DNA from: Nitrospirota bacterium
GTDB taxonomy: Bacteria > Nitrospirota > UBA9217
Assembly: GCA_963845065.1 (NCBI GenBank)
Contig: CAWJQQ010000001.1
Location: 448,001-512,000 of the forward strand
Reading direction: 5' to 3'
Length of the DNA: 64,000 nt
Positions 29,730 to 40,376 of the stretch are shown here, one piece after another; the first letter of the stretch is position 1; each line of letters opens with the position of its first letter. The position numbers were made by a program, and so were the translations under genes. Under the pieces are notes generated by a model. That model saw only the letters and a list, made by a program, of their open reading frames with translations. It was not told where the DNA came from and searched no databases.

Positions 29730-31289
29730 TCACAAGTACCCAAGGCGCCGCGTCATCGCCGCCAGAACTAGTGACGCACTGACCGACCCTATGACGAGGA
29801 CGAAAGATATCAACAGGCTGTTCAGGAGGGTGGGGTTGATCAGGAGAACCGCGCCGAGCCCCAGCATCATGGTCCCGGATACGAGCTTCAGGACCCGTGC
29901 ATGCCGTTCGGTAAGCTTCCTGCTGGTAAGAGTAATCGTAAACCCCAAGACAATGACAAAAAGCGGGATGACGCGCACCACATTATACAAAATGAGATAC
30001 AGATAGGACGATAAGTAAGAACGGCCATTTAGTGTCAGGATCCGTGTGAATACCATCGGAAACCCCGCCGTGCACAAGAGCTCGTAGAAGTTCGCCATGA
30101 TCGCGAGGACCATCGTTCCGGCGAGGACAGATAAGAAAGATGTGGAACGGAGAAGTTTCCGTATCCGTCCAAAGAGCCGTGGCTTTGCGCTGTCGGGAAT
30201 CGTAAGGGAGACACCCTTCTTGAAGATGAAGAAATCCTTGATATTGATGGTTGCGATCACTAAGGAAATGGCGCCCGCAGTCACAGTGATAGCCAACACA
30301 TTGCCCATGACAAGGAACAGGTTCAACCAGGCGGTCATGAACAGAAAGTAGATGAACCCGGAGATGAAGACAAACACACCGCCGACGATGAGCATCTTTT
30401 TCCGCGATCCGCCGTGGACCAAGAGCCCCAGAAGCGACAGAAGTACGAAGAAGGCGCAGGGATTGAAGCTGTCCATTCCCGCGATGGCGAGAGTCAGTAG
30501 GGGGAGGGAGGCGCTGCGAACGTCGAGCGTGCCGAGAAACGGGATGTCAAAGGAATTGCCCGGTGCTCCTCCTAAAAAGGCTGATTCCGATCCCAACCGA
30601 CCCAGGCGCTGCATGTCTCGGAAATACCCTTGCTCTTTCAGGAGGTCGGCAGGGTCCATACAGGACCGTTCCCTGCATTCGCGTATTGCCCTCTCCATCG
30701 CACCTTGAATCCGTTTTGAAAATCCCTCAAAGATCTGGTTGCCGATAAACGTAATCGGGACGCCAGAAGCCTGCCTTGTGTGTACATTCATCAAAGCGGT
30801 CAACAGTTTAAGATTCTGATTGTTGTGCAGGACTTCGTACTCCTTGATATCAAGATCAGGATGGTCATGTAAGAGAATGGCCAAAAAACGCTTCTCTTCT
30901 TCGCAGTGGGTACACCCCTCGCCCCAAAACAGATACACGTTGACCTTGCTGTCCCGTAACGGGGATGTCCGGCTATTATGTTCCTGCTGGATGGCATGCG
31001 TTACCTGTACACTACTGGTGATAGACTGCTGCAGAAGACCCTTCCACGGCTGGTCAAGCAACGCGAACTTTTGTTCCTGGTCTTTGTTCATGCCACTGCC
31101 GACCTCGATCAGTCCTGAGCGGGGAGGACACGCGCATTCTGTTGATTGCGTATACGTTGCATATGCTGCCGTTCTGGCTACAAGCAGCAGCGTTACACAG
31201 AGCATTCCTACTTTCAGGAAAGATACCGTCTGCGGGCGGGGGCTGCGTGAATCCTCAGAGTTGCGGTTAACAGAGCGCTGAAAATGCAT
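29730..31289 (-). CDS. Thioredoxin-fold (CxxC) plus DsbD/CcdA-like membrane domain protein; start uncertain
   Basis: FWGEGCTHC, GVP, DSFNPCAFFVL, ELLCTAGFP. Confidence 0.85.
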   Translation of the reverse strand: MHFQRSVNRNSEDSRSPRPQTVSFLKVGMLCVTLLLVARTAAYATYTQSTECACPPRSGLIEVGSGMNKDQEQKFALLDQPWKGLLQQSITSSVQVTHAIQQEHNSRTSPLRDSKVNVYLFWGEGCTHCEEEKRFLAILLHDHPDLDIKEYEVLHNNQNLKLLTALMNVHTRQASGVPITFIGNQIFEGFSKRIQGAMERAIRECRERSCMDPADLLKEQGYFRDMQRLGRLGSESAFLGGAPGNSFDIPFLGTLDVRSASLPLLTLAIAGMDSFNPCAFFVLLSLLGLLVHGGSRKKMLIVGGVFVFISGFIYFLFMTAWLNLFLVMGNVLAITVTAGAISLVIATINIKDFFIFKKGVSLTIPDSAKPRLFGRIRKLLRSTSFLSVLAGTMVLAIMANFYELLCTAGFPMVFTRILTLNGRSYLSSYLYLILYNVVRVIPLFVIVLGFTITLTSRKLTERHARVLKLVSGTMMLGLGAVLLINPTLLNSLLISFVLVIGSVSASLVLAAMTRRLGYL

Positions 31290-31919
31290 GAGTTTATTAT
31301 ATCAAAAATCAGAACTGGCTTCAGGAGCACATCGTCCCTGCGGTTGAAGCAGCGTCGAACCGCATAAGACGGGGTGCGGTTGCCTCCGCTTTAATCGCAG
31401 CCGTAAAATTATTACGGTTTTAAGTAATGAAGGGAATAGCGGGATGCCGTAGCTTATTTCGTGTGCGTCATAGCGGTCTTTATCGCAATCTGACTTGTTT
31501 CATTGTTCCGTCAAGCGCCTTCAGGAAGGCCATGATTCGACCAGTAATATGTAAGTTAAACAAGATGAAACTGCTGAAGAGGATGTTGAATGGATTAAAA
31601 TATGGAACAAGTTATTCTGTAGCTCAAGCAGAATAGTGGATAGCTGCTGTGTTGTCAAAAAAACGTGCAAATTAGTGCAAATGAATATCTTGGTCATACG
31701 GGAAGGGGAGGACAGAGGCAAGGCTGCATACGATCTGACGAAGTTCGCCAGACTCATGAAGCTCGAGACTAAATATGTCCGATAAACTATTTTCGGCTGA
31801 ACCAGAACATCAATCCCGCAGCAACCGATGCTTTTGTCGGTGTAGAAAACGATTTTTCGGGACAAGATCGAATAATAATTTTCAAATCATACTTACGAGC
31901 ATATGAATTCAGAGTAAAG

Positions 31920-32558
31920 CTAATCGGTCATGCACACGAGGTTGTGCTTGATGGCGTAATTTGTCAGTTCAGCATTCGTTTTCATTTGCATCTTTTCAAG
32001 GATATGCATACGGTGGGTGCTCACGGTCTTGACGCTCAACGCCAGCACATCTGCGATCTCGCTCACAGTTTTGCCGCGTCCGATCATGCAAATGATCTGG
32101 AACTCTCGATCGGAAAGCCGCTCGTGCAGTTGTTCCGGCTCTGGCTTAAAATCGGAAAGCAATTTTTCTGCGATGGATGAACTGAAGTATTTCTCTCCCC
32201 TCGAAACCTTGCGGATCGCCTGGATCAGCTCTTCCGAGGCGCTTGCTTTCGTAATATAACCATATGCGCCCGCCTTGATCGCGCGAATGGCATACTGCTC
32301 TTCAGGATACATGCTCAAGATCAGAACCCGCAGATTGGGCTTCTGGCTTTTCAGGAGCTTTAATGTTTCGAGCCCACTTAATCCGGGCATGGCGATGTCA
32401 AGGAGAAGAAGGTCGTAGTCGTCCTTGAAAACTTTATCTAGTACATCCTGTCCCCGGCTCGCTTCATCAACGACAATCAGATCGGGGACGTCCTCAAGGA
32501 TCTGCCTCAATCCCTCTCTGAAGATAGCGTGATCGTCCGCAATGAGTATTCGCGTCAT
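31920..32558 (-). CDS. NarL/FixJ-family response regulator
   Basis: ILIADDH, DIAMP, GYITK; LuxR HTH LSDRE..LSVKTVSTHR. Confidence 0.95.
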   Translation of the reverse strand: MTRILIADDHAIFREGLRQILEDVPDLIVVDEASRGQDVLDKVFKDDYDLLLLDIAMPGLSGLETLKLLKSQKPNLRVLILSMYPEEQYAIRAIKAGAYGYITKASASEELIQAIRKVSRGEKYFSSSIAEKLLSDFKPEPEQLHERLSDREFQIICMIGRGKTVSEIADVLALSVKTVSTHRMHILEKMQMKTNAELTNYAIKHNLVCMTD

Positions 32559-34162
32559 CTGCTTACCCTGCTATCGAGAGGTATGCGCACCAGGACCGCG
32601 GTGCCCTTGCCTGGTATGCCGGTGATGCTGACTTTTCCGCCTAGGAAGCGTGCGCGCTCCCGCATCCCCATGAGCCCGAACGAGGCATGGTTCACGACCT
32701 TATCGTTGAGGATGCCTATGCCGTTATCCTGCACGTTGAGTTCGAGGATATTATCTTCTTTTTTCAAGACGACGTCAACCCGGCTCGCCTTCGAGTGACG
32801 GATAATGTTCGTCAGTGTTTCCTGAAATATCCTAAATACAGCCGTGGAGAGATTTAGGTCTTCTACTACAAGGTCGGATGGGATCGAGGTCGTGCACCCG
32901 ATCCCGGTCTGCTCTTTGAATTCCTTTGCCTGCCACTCGATAGCATCCGGGAGCCCCAGGTGATCCAGGACCCCTGGCCTTAATTCCGACGATATCCTCT
33001 GTACGTCCCGGATGGTGCTGTCGACGAGGTCCGACATCTTGTCACATTTTTCAACGAGCTGCCCTTGTTCGCTCGACAGCCTTTTTTTGAGCCACGCTAG
33101 GTCAAGCTTCAGTTTTGACAATATCTGGCCAAGCTCATCGTGGATCTCCCGGGCGATACGCCCCCGCTCTTCTTCCCGAGCTGACTGAATATGCGCCGAA
33201 AGGCTTCTCAACTCCTCACGGGACCGACGCAATTCTATTTCGACCCGCTTGCGCTCGGTAATATCTTCGACGATGCCGTCCAGCCACGCAATTTCTCCTT
33301 GTTCGTCGAATTGCGCGGTAGCGGTGCATGAACATAAGATAAGCGTCCCATCCTTTTTGTGCAATGTCAATTCCATATCTTTTACGAAACCATTGCATTT
33401 GACTGCTTCCAGAAGACGCGCCCGCTCTTGGGGGTTCTCGTACTCGTCGATTATCTGGCGCTCCATGAACTCCTCGAGGGAATCATAACCGAACATTTCT
33501 GCCATGGCTGGGTTGGCGTAGATGTGCTGCCCCTTACCCGGCGTATTCCGGAAGATACCTATACGAATATTGTTTACCAGCGTACGGTACTTCTCTTCAC
33601 TTTCAGTAAGCGACTTCTTCGTCTCGATGATCCTAAGCGATTGCTCCGCCAAGTCCGCAATAAAATGCACCAGGGCTTTGTCATAGGCAACAATATAGTC
33701 CACCTTCTCGACACTGAAAACGGGCAGCTTGTCGAGTGCGGCAAGATAAGCCTCCTGATCATAGCCGAATTCCAGCGCCTGTCGGCTAAAGTATTCCTTA
33801 TCCGGGATTTCACCCTCAAAAATAAATTGCGCCAGGAACATCGTTGCCAAGTGTTTGCCCGCGACAACAATCGGAATGGCCACGTGCCAGAGGCCATTTT
33901 TGCATTTATACTGCCTCGCCTCCGGTTCTCCCGTGAGACGAAAATCACTTATTGAAGAGTCGCTCTCTATACATCGCAGGTGGGAAGCAGGGCAAGCGCG
34001 GTGGAAATTTACGCAGATATCGGTCCAGCCGGCTCGAAGAATTACGGAGGTGTCATACTCGTCGATAATACTCAGGGGTAAACCGCTGGCACGAAAATTC
34101 GAGTCCGCCAGTTTCTGGATGAGCGATATGTCCAATAAATCTGATAGACGGTAATTATGCAT
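32555..34162 (-). CDS. Cytoplasmic sensor histidine kinase: PocR - PAS - HisKA_3 - HATPase
   Basis: ICVNFHR..RCIESD..YKCKNGL..PIVV (PocR); EERGRIAREIHDELGQ; QETLTN, DNGIG, GLMGMRER. Confidence 0.93.
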   Translation of the reverse strand: MHNYRLSDLLDISLIQKLADSNFRASGLPLSIIDEYDTSVILRAGWTDICVNFHRACPASHLRCIESDSSISDFRLTGEPEARQYKCKNGLWHVAIPIVVAGKHLATMFLAQFIFEGEIPDKEYFSRQALEFGYDQEAYLAALDKLPVFSVEKVDYIVAYDKALVHFIADLAEQSLRIIETKKSLTESEEKYRTLVNNIRIGIFRNTPGKGQHIYANPAMAEMFGYDSLEEFMERQIIDEYENPQERARLLEAVKCNGFVKDMELTLHKKDGTLILCSCTATAQFDEQGEIAWLDGIVEDITERKRVEIELRRSREELRSLSAHIQSAREEERGRIAREIHDELGQILSKLKLDLAWLKKRLSSEQGQLVEKCDKMSDLVDSTIRDVQRISSELRPGVLDHLGLPDAIEWQAKEFKEQTGIGCTTSIPSDLVVEDLNLSTAVFRIFQETLTNIIRHSKASRVDVVLKKEDNILELNVQDNGIGILNDKVVNHASFGLMGMRERARFLGGKVSITGIPGKGTAVLVRIPLDSRVSR

Positions 34163-34472
34163 GTGCCACCTATTTTTTACAGAATCTTAACTATATATAT
34201 GGGAGGCGAGTAGCCGACAAGAGCTTCTATTCAATTCTTCACAATTATTCGAACCTTCGAGCATTATAACATTTTTTTAATGATAAACTTTCAGAAAATT
34301 ATTAAAGCAAAAAGCTTTTTTTGCCCATATGGGGTTCTATGAATTTTTTAGTACTCTACATCGAGGTGCGGGCCATTCCGGTGTAGATAACGTACACATG
34401 TTCTAAGGCATCGTGCGGCCGATGATAAACGAGGTGATCAAGATTATCAGGGCGCTGTCGCCGTCAGGTGTC

Positions 34473-37379
34473 TCAAATGATGAGTCTCATATTTGGTAGA
34501 GGAAGTCCTGAAGTGGGCTGTAGTTTCCGAGATGTGCATTTATCGACGAGGTGAACGATGGATTGATACGGGATGCCACCGTGGTGCGATAGCCCGATTT
34601 CGCACGTGCGACTGTTCGAATATCCTGCGCCACAGTCCGCTGGAAGAGACTGTTTCAAGTTCGCAAGGGCCGAGGCGTTTAGTTCGGGATAAGTGAAGCC
34701 CCGGTCACCCGCAAAACCACAGCAACCAACCTGTGATGGCATGATGACCTTCTCGGCGCAGGCCAATGCCACTGCCCTGAATTTTTCCGTAAGCCCCATC
34801 TTGGTCGAACTGCAGGTCACGTGCATTGCCACCGGCTCAGGGGTTCTCTGGAAATCAAGACGGTCTATGAGGAAAGCGTGGATAAACTCCACGGGTTCAT
34901 AGAGCTTTAAATTTGACTTGAAGGCGGTTCTCATCCTGTAAAGACAGGGGCTTGTATCGCAGAGAATGGGATACTCACCGTTCTTGCTGCACGCAAGGAC
35001 CGCATCCTCGAGCTCTTTCGACATCTCATCGGCAGACGAGAAGAAACCTTTGCTCTCAAAGGTGAGTCCGCAGCAGAGCCTCTCCATGTCTTTTGGAAAG
35101 AGCACGTCATAGTTTGCCTTTTGAAGCACCGAAAGCATCGCCTCGAAGACGGGCCTTTGGTCTTTATCGCCTTTTGCGGGCCCCATGGTCCTGGCGATAC
35201 AACTTGGAAAATAAACCACCTTACGGTCCGAGCCTTTCATGATATTATTGAACTTTGGTGAAGAGATTCCCTTCGGCATCGATGGATTCCAGAGGGGTAT
35301 TTTATTAAACGAAAGTGCTCTCAGCTCCTTCGCGAGGCCGCTCATGAGCGGCGTGCCGAAAATTGCATGCGCCGCGTGTGCCACTTTCAGCCCGGCCCTC
35401 ACGCCGGTGAGGGGCAGGGGATAGTGGCCCGCTATCCATTGGGCGATACGGACGCCCCTGGCTGTGTTCTTTAACGAGCGCAGGCGTTTAGTAAGTTCTC
35501 CGGTGTTGATCGAGACCGGACACGCGGTGGAGCAGAGACCATCCACTGCGCAGGTTTGCTCGCCCTGGTAAACATAATCGTCTTCCAGACGCCCGAGCCT
35601 CATTGCGTTTTCTTTCGTAGATTTCAAGCGTGAAATCTCCCGCTGAATGACGATACGTTGTCGCGGGGTCGTGGTACTATTTCGTGACGGGCACTTTATT
35701 TCGCAGAAGCCACACTCTATGCACTGGTCCACAATATCGTGGGTTTGCGGCAGCGGCTTCAGGTTTTCCAGATGGATCGTCGGGTTCGTGCTAATCATCA
35801 CGTTGGGATTCAGGATATTGTTCGGGTCAAAGGCTTTCTTGATCCTCCTCATGAGGCCATAGGCCTTCTCGCCCCATTCCATTTCCACGAAGGGCGCCAT
35901 GTTTCTGCCTGTCCCGTGCTCCCCCTTGAGCGACCCGTCGTATTTATTTACGACCATGGAGGCCACGTCATCCATAAATTTTTGGTACCGCTGCACCTCT
36001 TCAGGCAGGCCGAAATCCTGAGTAAAGACAAAGTGAAGGTTCCCGTCAAGGGCATGACCGAATATGATCCCTTCAGCATAACCGTGCCGTATCATCAGGC
36101 GTTCAAGCTCGACGGTCGCGTCAGCAAGAGACACGATGGGAAAGGCAACGTCTTCGATGATGACAGTCGTGCCTATCTTTCTTGCGCCTCCCACCGCCGG
36201 GAACAGCCCTCGTCTCACGTCCCAGAGGTTCTCGTATTCTTGTTTTTTATCGGTAAAGGAGACTGGAAATATCGTGGGTATGGACGCGAGTGATTTGCTC
36301 AACGCCGCCATCTGTTCTCGAAGAGTCGCGGGGTCTCCTGCCCTTGTTTCTACCAGGAGAGCCGCCGCTTCTTTAGAGAGGGACTTGAGAAAGAGGGGGA
36401 GTCCTGACTTGTTTTCGACCGACCGCAGGGACGACCTGTCCATGAGCTCGACGGCCGCGACGGGCTGCTTTTTTAGTATTATCGTCGCCCTGCAAGCGCT
36501 CGCTATGTCAGGGAAGATGATGAGGGCGCTTGCCTTGTGCATATGCTCTACAACGGTCTTGTAAGTAATCTCGGCGTTGAACCCCAGGGTGCCCTCTGAC
36601 CCGATCAGGAGGTGGAGGATGATATCGATGGGGTCGGAATAATCGATGAAAGCGTTGATGCTGTAACCGGTCGTATTTTTGATGAGGTATTTGTGGGCGA
36701 TTCGGTCCCGCAGCCCGCGATCTGCGTTGATCTCGTCTCGGATATTCTCAAGCTCTTTGATCAGCTCTTTGCGTGATTTAATAAAAGAATGCCGGGACGC
36801 ATTATCTCCCGTATCAAGCATGGTGCCGTCTGCGAAGATGATCTTCATGCCCTCCACGGTTTTGTAACTGTTCTGAGCTGTGCCGCAGCACATACCGCTT
36901 GCGTTGTTTGCAGCGATGCCGCCGATCATGCAGCTGTTGATGGAGGCCGGGTCCGGACCTATTTTTTTCCCGAAGGGTGCCAGGTAGCTGTTTGCCTCGG
37001 CCCCAATGACACCCGGTTCCAGGGTTATCCGCTCCCCGTTGCTATGGATTGTGTATTTTTTCCATGCTCCTGCGAGTAGGACCAGGATGGAGTCAGTGAC
37101 AGCCTGGCCGGAGAGGCTCGTACCCGCAGCCCTGAAGGTCACCGGTATCTTGAGCCCGTGTGCGGTCCGCAGAATATACGATACCTCATCCCTGCTCTCG
37201 GTCTTGATGATAATTTTCGGGATCAGCCGGTAGAAGCTGGCATCGGTGCCGTACGCGAGGGTTTTGAAGGGATCAATCAGAAGTCGGGATGTGGGGATGA
37301 ACGCCCTGGCTGCATCGTAGAATCTTCGGTAATCAGATGGCAGCGCCCTGTAATCATTTTTCCCCCTGTTCCCACTCAT
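34473..37379 (-). CDS. FAD-binding Fe-S oxidoreductase, D-lactate dehydrogenase (Dld-II type)
   Basis: DASFY, RAAGTSLSGQ, GPDPAS, GHALDGNLH, GEHGTG, CIECGFCE, CCG domains; lactate operon context. Confidence 0.9.
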   Translation of the reverse strand: MSGNRGKNDYRALPSDYRRFYDAARAFIPTSRLLIDPFKTLAYGTDASFYRLIPKIIIKTESRDEVSYILRTAHGLKIPVTFRAAGTSLSGQAVTDSILVLLAGAWKKYTIHSNGERITLEPGVIGAEANSYLAPFGKKIGPDPASINSCMIGGIAANNASGMCCGTAQNSYKTVEGMKIIFADGTMLDTGDNASRHSFIKSRKELIKELENIRDEINADRGLRDRIAHKYLIKNTTGYSINAFIDYSDPIDIILHLLIGSEGTLGFNAEITYKTVVEHMHKASALIIFPDIASACRATIILKKQPVAAVELMDRSSLRSVENKSGLPLFLKSLSKEAAALLVETRAGDPATLREQMAALSKSLASIPTIFPVSFTDKKQEYENLWDVRRGLFPAVGGARKIGTTVIIEDVAFPIVSLADATVELERLMIRHGYAEGIIFGHALDGNLHFVFTQDFGLPEEVQRYQKFMDDVASMVVNKYDGSLKGEHGTGRNMAPFVEMEWGEKAYGLMRRIKKAFDPNNILNPNVMISTNPTIHLENLKPLPQTHDIVDQCIECGFCEIKCPSRNSTTTPRQRIVIQREISRLKSTKENAMRLGRLEDDYVYQGEQTCAVDGLCSTACPVSINTGELTKRLRSLKNTARGVRIAQWIAGHYPLPLTGVRAGLKVAHAAHAIFGTPLMSGLAKELRALSFNKIPLWNPSMPKGISSPKFNNIMKGSDRKVVYFPSCIARTMGPAKGDKDQRPVFEAMLSVLQKANYDVLFPKDMERLCCGLTFESKGFFSSADEMSKELEDAVLACSKNGEYPILCDTSPCLYRMRTAFKSNLKLYEPVEFIHAFLIDRLDFQRTPEPVAMHVTCSSTKMGLTEKFRAVALACAEKVIMPSQVGCCGFAGDRGFTYPELNASALANLKQSLPADCGAGYSNSRTCEIGLSHHGGIPYQSIVHLVDKCTSRKLQPTSGLPLPNMRLII

Positions 37380-37480
37380 AGGTCCTCCCGAGGACCACGG
37401 ATGGCATGGGAAAAGACCGTTCATTTGCGCTCTTTTTTACTCCGTGGTCGTTTTTGGTCGTTGTCAATGTGTCCTCTTGT

Positions 37481-39607
37481 TTAGGTCAGTCTCTCGGCCA
37501 GCAGCTCCGCGGTATGTTTTACCTTGACCGGGCTTCCTTCTTTGTCAAGGCCGCCCTTAATCTGCATGATGCACCCCGGGCAGTCCATCGCGACGGTGGA
37601 AGCCGCTGTATTTGTGATATTCTCGAGCTTGCGCTTCAAAATAACAGAGGATATCTCCGGCAGCTTGATCGTATAGGTCCCGCCCATACCGCAGCATGTG
37701 TCGGATTCCAGCATCTCGGCCAGCTCAAAACCGGATTTCGTCAAAAGTGTACGCGGTTCCTCGAAGACATTGAGGGTCCTCTTGAGATGGCAGGAGTCAT
37801 GGTATGTCACCTTCCCGAGGCCCTTTGTTTCTTGCAGCGAGAGACGACCCTCTTTGACGAGCTTCGTGACGATGGTCGAATAGTCTACGGTTTTTGCCCC
37901 GAGTTCCCGTGCCTTGGAAAGCCACTCGGTCTTGCCCTGACTTTTGAGCGTATTATAGAACTCGTACTTAAGGGCAACCGTGCAGGTCGGGCATGCGGAA
38001 ACCACGTATTTCACGTCGACATCGAGTAACGCCTTGATGTTGTCTATCGCGTTATCGGCAGCGATGTCAAATGCCCCGCTGTAACGCGCTGGCGCGCCGC
38101 AGCAAGTCTGCTCATAGGGGAAAGAGACCTCAATGCCGGCCTTGTTCAGGATATTGATGACCGCTTCTCCGATATGAGGATAGGAGAAGTCTATAAGGCA
38201 TCCTGCGTAAAATGATGCCTTCTCAACACTCCCAGGTCGCTTGATCTGCTTGATTTTGTCTCTGAATGGGACGTCGGCGATTGCCGGAAGACTGCGGTCC
38301 TTGGTCACATCGGACAGGAACATCGGCAAGTGCCTGATGAATCCATCTTTGACGAAGGGCTTTTGCGTGATCGCGGCGGTGCGTAGCATGGAGTGGAAGA
38401 GCCGGCGGTTGTTTATCACGGAGTAGATGGCCCTCTGGACCACTGGCAGTCCCTGCTCTCTGACGAGCCGGCGCCTGAGTTCCACAATGAGCTCGGGGAT
38501 GTCGATCTTTGCCGGACAGATAGCTTTGCACCTCCCGCACTGGATGCAGAGGCCCTGAATATCCTCCGTTTTCTTTAGTTCGTCGAACCAGGCGGTCAGG
38601 ATCGTGCCGATGCCACCGGTGTAAATATGGCCGAATACATGGCCAGTCACTAGGCGATAGACCGGGCAGACATTCAGGCAGGAACCGCAACGGATGCACT
38701 GGAGGGCCTCTTTGAACTTGGGGTCCTTTGCCATGGCGGTCCGTTTATTGTCCATGAGAACGATATAGAGATCTTTCATCGAGCCGTCCGTATTCTGTGC
38801 TGGACCGCTTATCATCGAAACGTAGCAGGTTATGAGCTGGCTGGTTGCGCTCTTGGGCAATGCGGTCAGAATAGGGGCGGCGTCGCCGTAGTTGTCAATG
38901 AGTTTCTCAAGGCCAGCGAGTATCAAATGGATCTTCGGAAGCGTGCCCACGAGACGGGCATTGCCTTCATTGGTGCAAATTACAACCGTGCCGGTCTCGG
39001 CAATTGCGATGTTTGCACCCGAAATTCCCATATCGGCCTCAAAGAATTTTTCGCGAAGCTCCTTGCGGGCAACCTTGACCAGGTGCTGGATGTCGTTGGG
39101 CTGCTCCTTCTTCGTTTCTTTGCTGATGAGGTCCGCGACATCCTCCTTGGTCATGTGGAGGGCCGGCATGACCATATGCGATGGCTTCTGGTGGGCAAGC
39201 TGAATGATCCATTCGCCCAGGTCGGTCTCGTGCGCCTTAATGCCGTTTTGGGCAAGATACTCGTTCAGATGGATCTCTTCTGTGGCCATGGACTTGGATT
39301 TGACAATATTCTTGACACCTTTTTCTTTGCAGAGAGTCGTGATATAGTCCTTGGCCTCCTGCGGGCTGTTTGCCCGGAAAACCTTGGCGCCCCGGGTTTC
39401 GGCCGCCTTCTTAAACTTCTCGGCAAGCTCGTCTAGGCGTCCGGCGGCATCGCCCTTTATTTTTGCTATTCTGTCCCTCAGCGCGTCGAAATCGACGCCT
39501 GCATACGCCGCAGCTCGAGTGGCCGGGTAATTCCATCGGTCGAGGATGCCGGCGAGGTTGTGATTCTGAAGGGCTTTTTGTATGGATTCCGAGAATTCCT
39601 TATTCAA
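37481..39607 (-). CDS. L-lactate dehydrogenase large subunit, LutB-LutA (LUD + Fe-S + CCG) fusion; TTG start overlapping the upstream stop
   Basis: KSKSMATEE, ETDLGEWIIQL, TNEGN, CIRCGSCLNVCP, CCGAP, YHDSCHL, CCGMGG. Confidence 0.92.
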   Translation of the reverse strand: MNKEFSESIQKALQNHNLAGILDRWNYPATRAAAYAGVDFDALRDRIAKIKGDAAGRLDELAEKFKKAAETRGAKVFRANSPQEAKDYITTLCKEKGVKNIVKSKSMATEEIHLNEYLAQNGIKAHETDLGEWIIQLAHQKPSHMVMPALHMTKEDVADLISKETKKEQPNDIQHLVKVARKELREKFFEADMGISGANIAIAETGTVVICTNEGNARLVGTLPKIHLILAGLEKLIDNYGDAAPILTALPKSATSQLITCYVSMISGPAQNTDGSMKDLYIVLMDNKRTAMAKDPKFKEALQCIRCGSCLNVCPVYRLVTGHVFGHIYTGGIGTILTAWFDELKKTEDIQGLCIQCGRCKAICPAKIDIPELIVELRRRLVREQGLPVVQRAIYSVINNRRLFHSMLRTAAITQKPFVKDGFIRHLPMFLSDVTKDRSLPAIADVPFRDKIKQIKRPGSVEKASFYAGCLIDFSYPHIGEAVINILNKAGIEVSFPYEQTCCGAPARYSGAFDIAADNAIDNIKALLDVDVKYVVSACPTCTVALKYEFYNTLKSQGKTEWLSKARELGAKTVDYSTIVTKLVKEGRLSLQETKGLGKVTYHDSCHLKRTLNVFEEPRTLLTKSGFELAEMLESDTCCGMGGTYTIKLPEISSVILKRKLENITNTAASTVAMDCPGCIMQIKGGLDKEGSPVKVKHTAELLAERLT

Positions 39608-40170
39608 GAGTTCATGCCTCCCAACTCGTCGACGCATACGATAATAACTCGTTCGGGGCCATGGACGCCGATGGCGAGCACGCGTTCGATGTCGGCGGTC
39701 TTGCTTGGTCCAGTGACCAGTGTGAGATAGTTACTCTTGCTCGGATGCATTTTTGTCATGAACGCTGGCAAGTCAGCTACGATATTGTAGGTGGCAAGCA
39801 GCATGATATGGATCCACGACAGCGTGGATACCAATCGCTGTTCCACCGCAGTCGCATCTTGCGCCAGTGTGCCGGTATCAGCAATCCCCCACTCCATTTG
39901 GGTGATGCCGATCTTTGAATTTTTTGCTAGTTCTAAGGTAATGTCGAACTTCAGGCCGGGGACCCTGGCTGCGAGGGCTTTCGTGTCGACTCCATTGAGG
40001 AACGGGCTGGAGGCCCAGACTGCATAAGAGCCTGCCGCATCTCTTATGTCTTCCTTCTTAAAATACCTCTCGATAAAATTGAGCGCCTCGGCTTTAGTAG
40101 CGAACCGCTGGACCTCGGTATTGCCTGCCGCTTCGGCCTTCACTTTAAACGTTTCGAACACCTCGTTCAT
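39604..40170 (-). CDS. lutC: Lactate utilisation protein C (LUD domain)
   Basis: GIADTGTL, TGPSKTADIERVLAIGVHGP. Confidence 0.92.
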   Translation of the reverse strand: MNEVFETFKVKAEAAGNTEVQRFATKAEALNFIERYFKKEDIRDAAGSYAVWASSPFLNGVDTKALAARVPGLKFDITLELAKNSKIGITQMEWGIADTGTLAQDATAVEQRLVSTLSWIHIMLLATYNIVADLPAFMTKMHPSKSNYLTLVTGPSKTADIERVLAIGVHGPERVIIVCVDELGGMNS

Positions 40171-40331
40171 CCTTTCTCAATCGCTGTTATGAACCCATAA
40201 AAAGATCTGACATGAAAAGTCGAAGCGAATCCTCTTTCGACCGGATATGCTGGATGAAATCGGATAAAGACCTTATAAATCCGGTTCATGCTGTTTAATA
40301 TTATTCCGGCTGGGTTTTTCTGTAAAAAACT

Positions 40332-40372
40332 AACGGGCGGTGGGAAGCAGTCTCCTCCGCCCGCGATTTTAC
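40332..40372 (-). terminator. Hairpin downstream of lctP (terminator or mRNA-stability stem)
   Basis: CGGGCGG..GGGA..TCTC..CCGCCCG with a nearby U-tract on the minus strand. Confidence 0.45.
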
Positions 40373-40376
40373 TATA

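Noticed and set aside
31338..31410. attC site or integron
   Set aside because: The stem is attC-like but the core boxes are degenerate and there is no integron integrase
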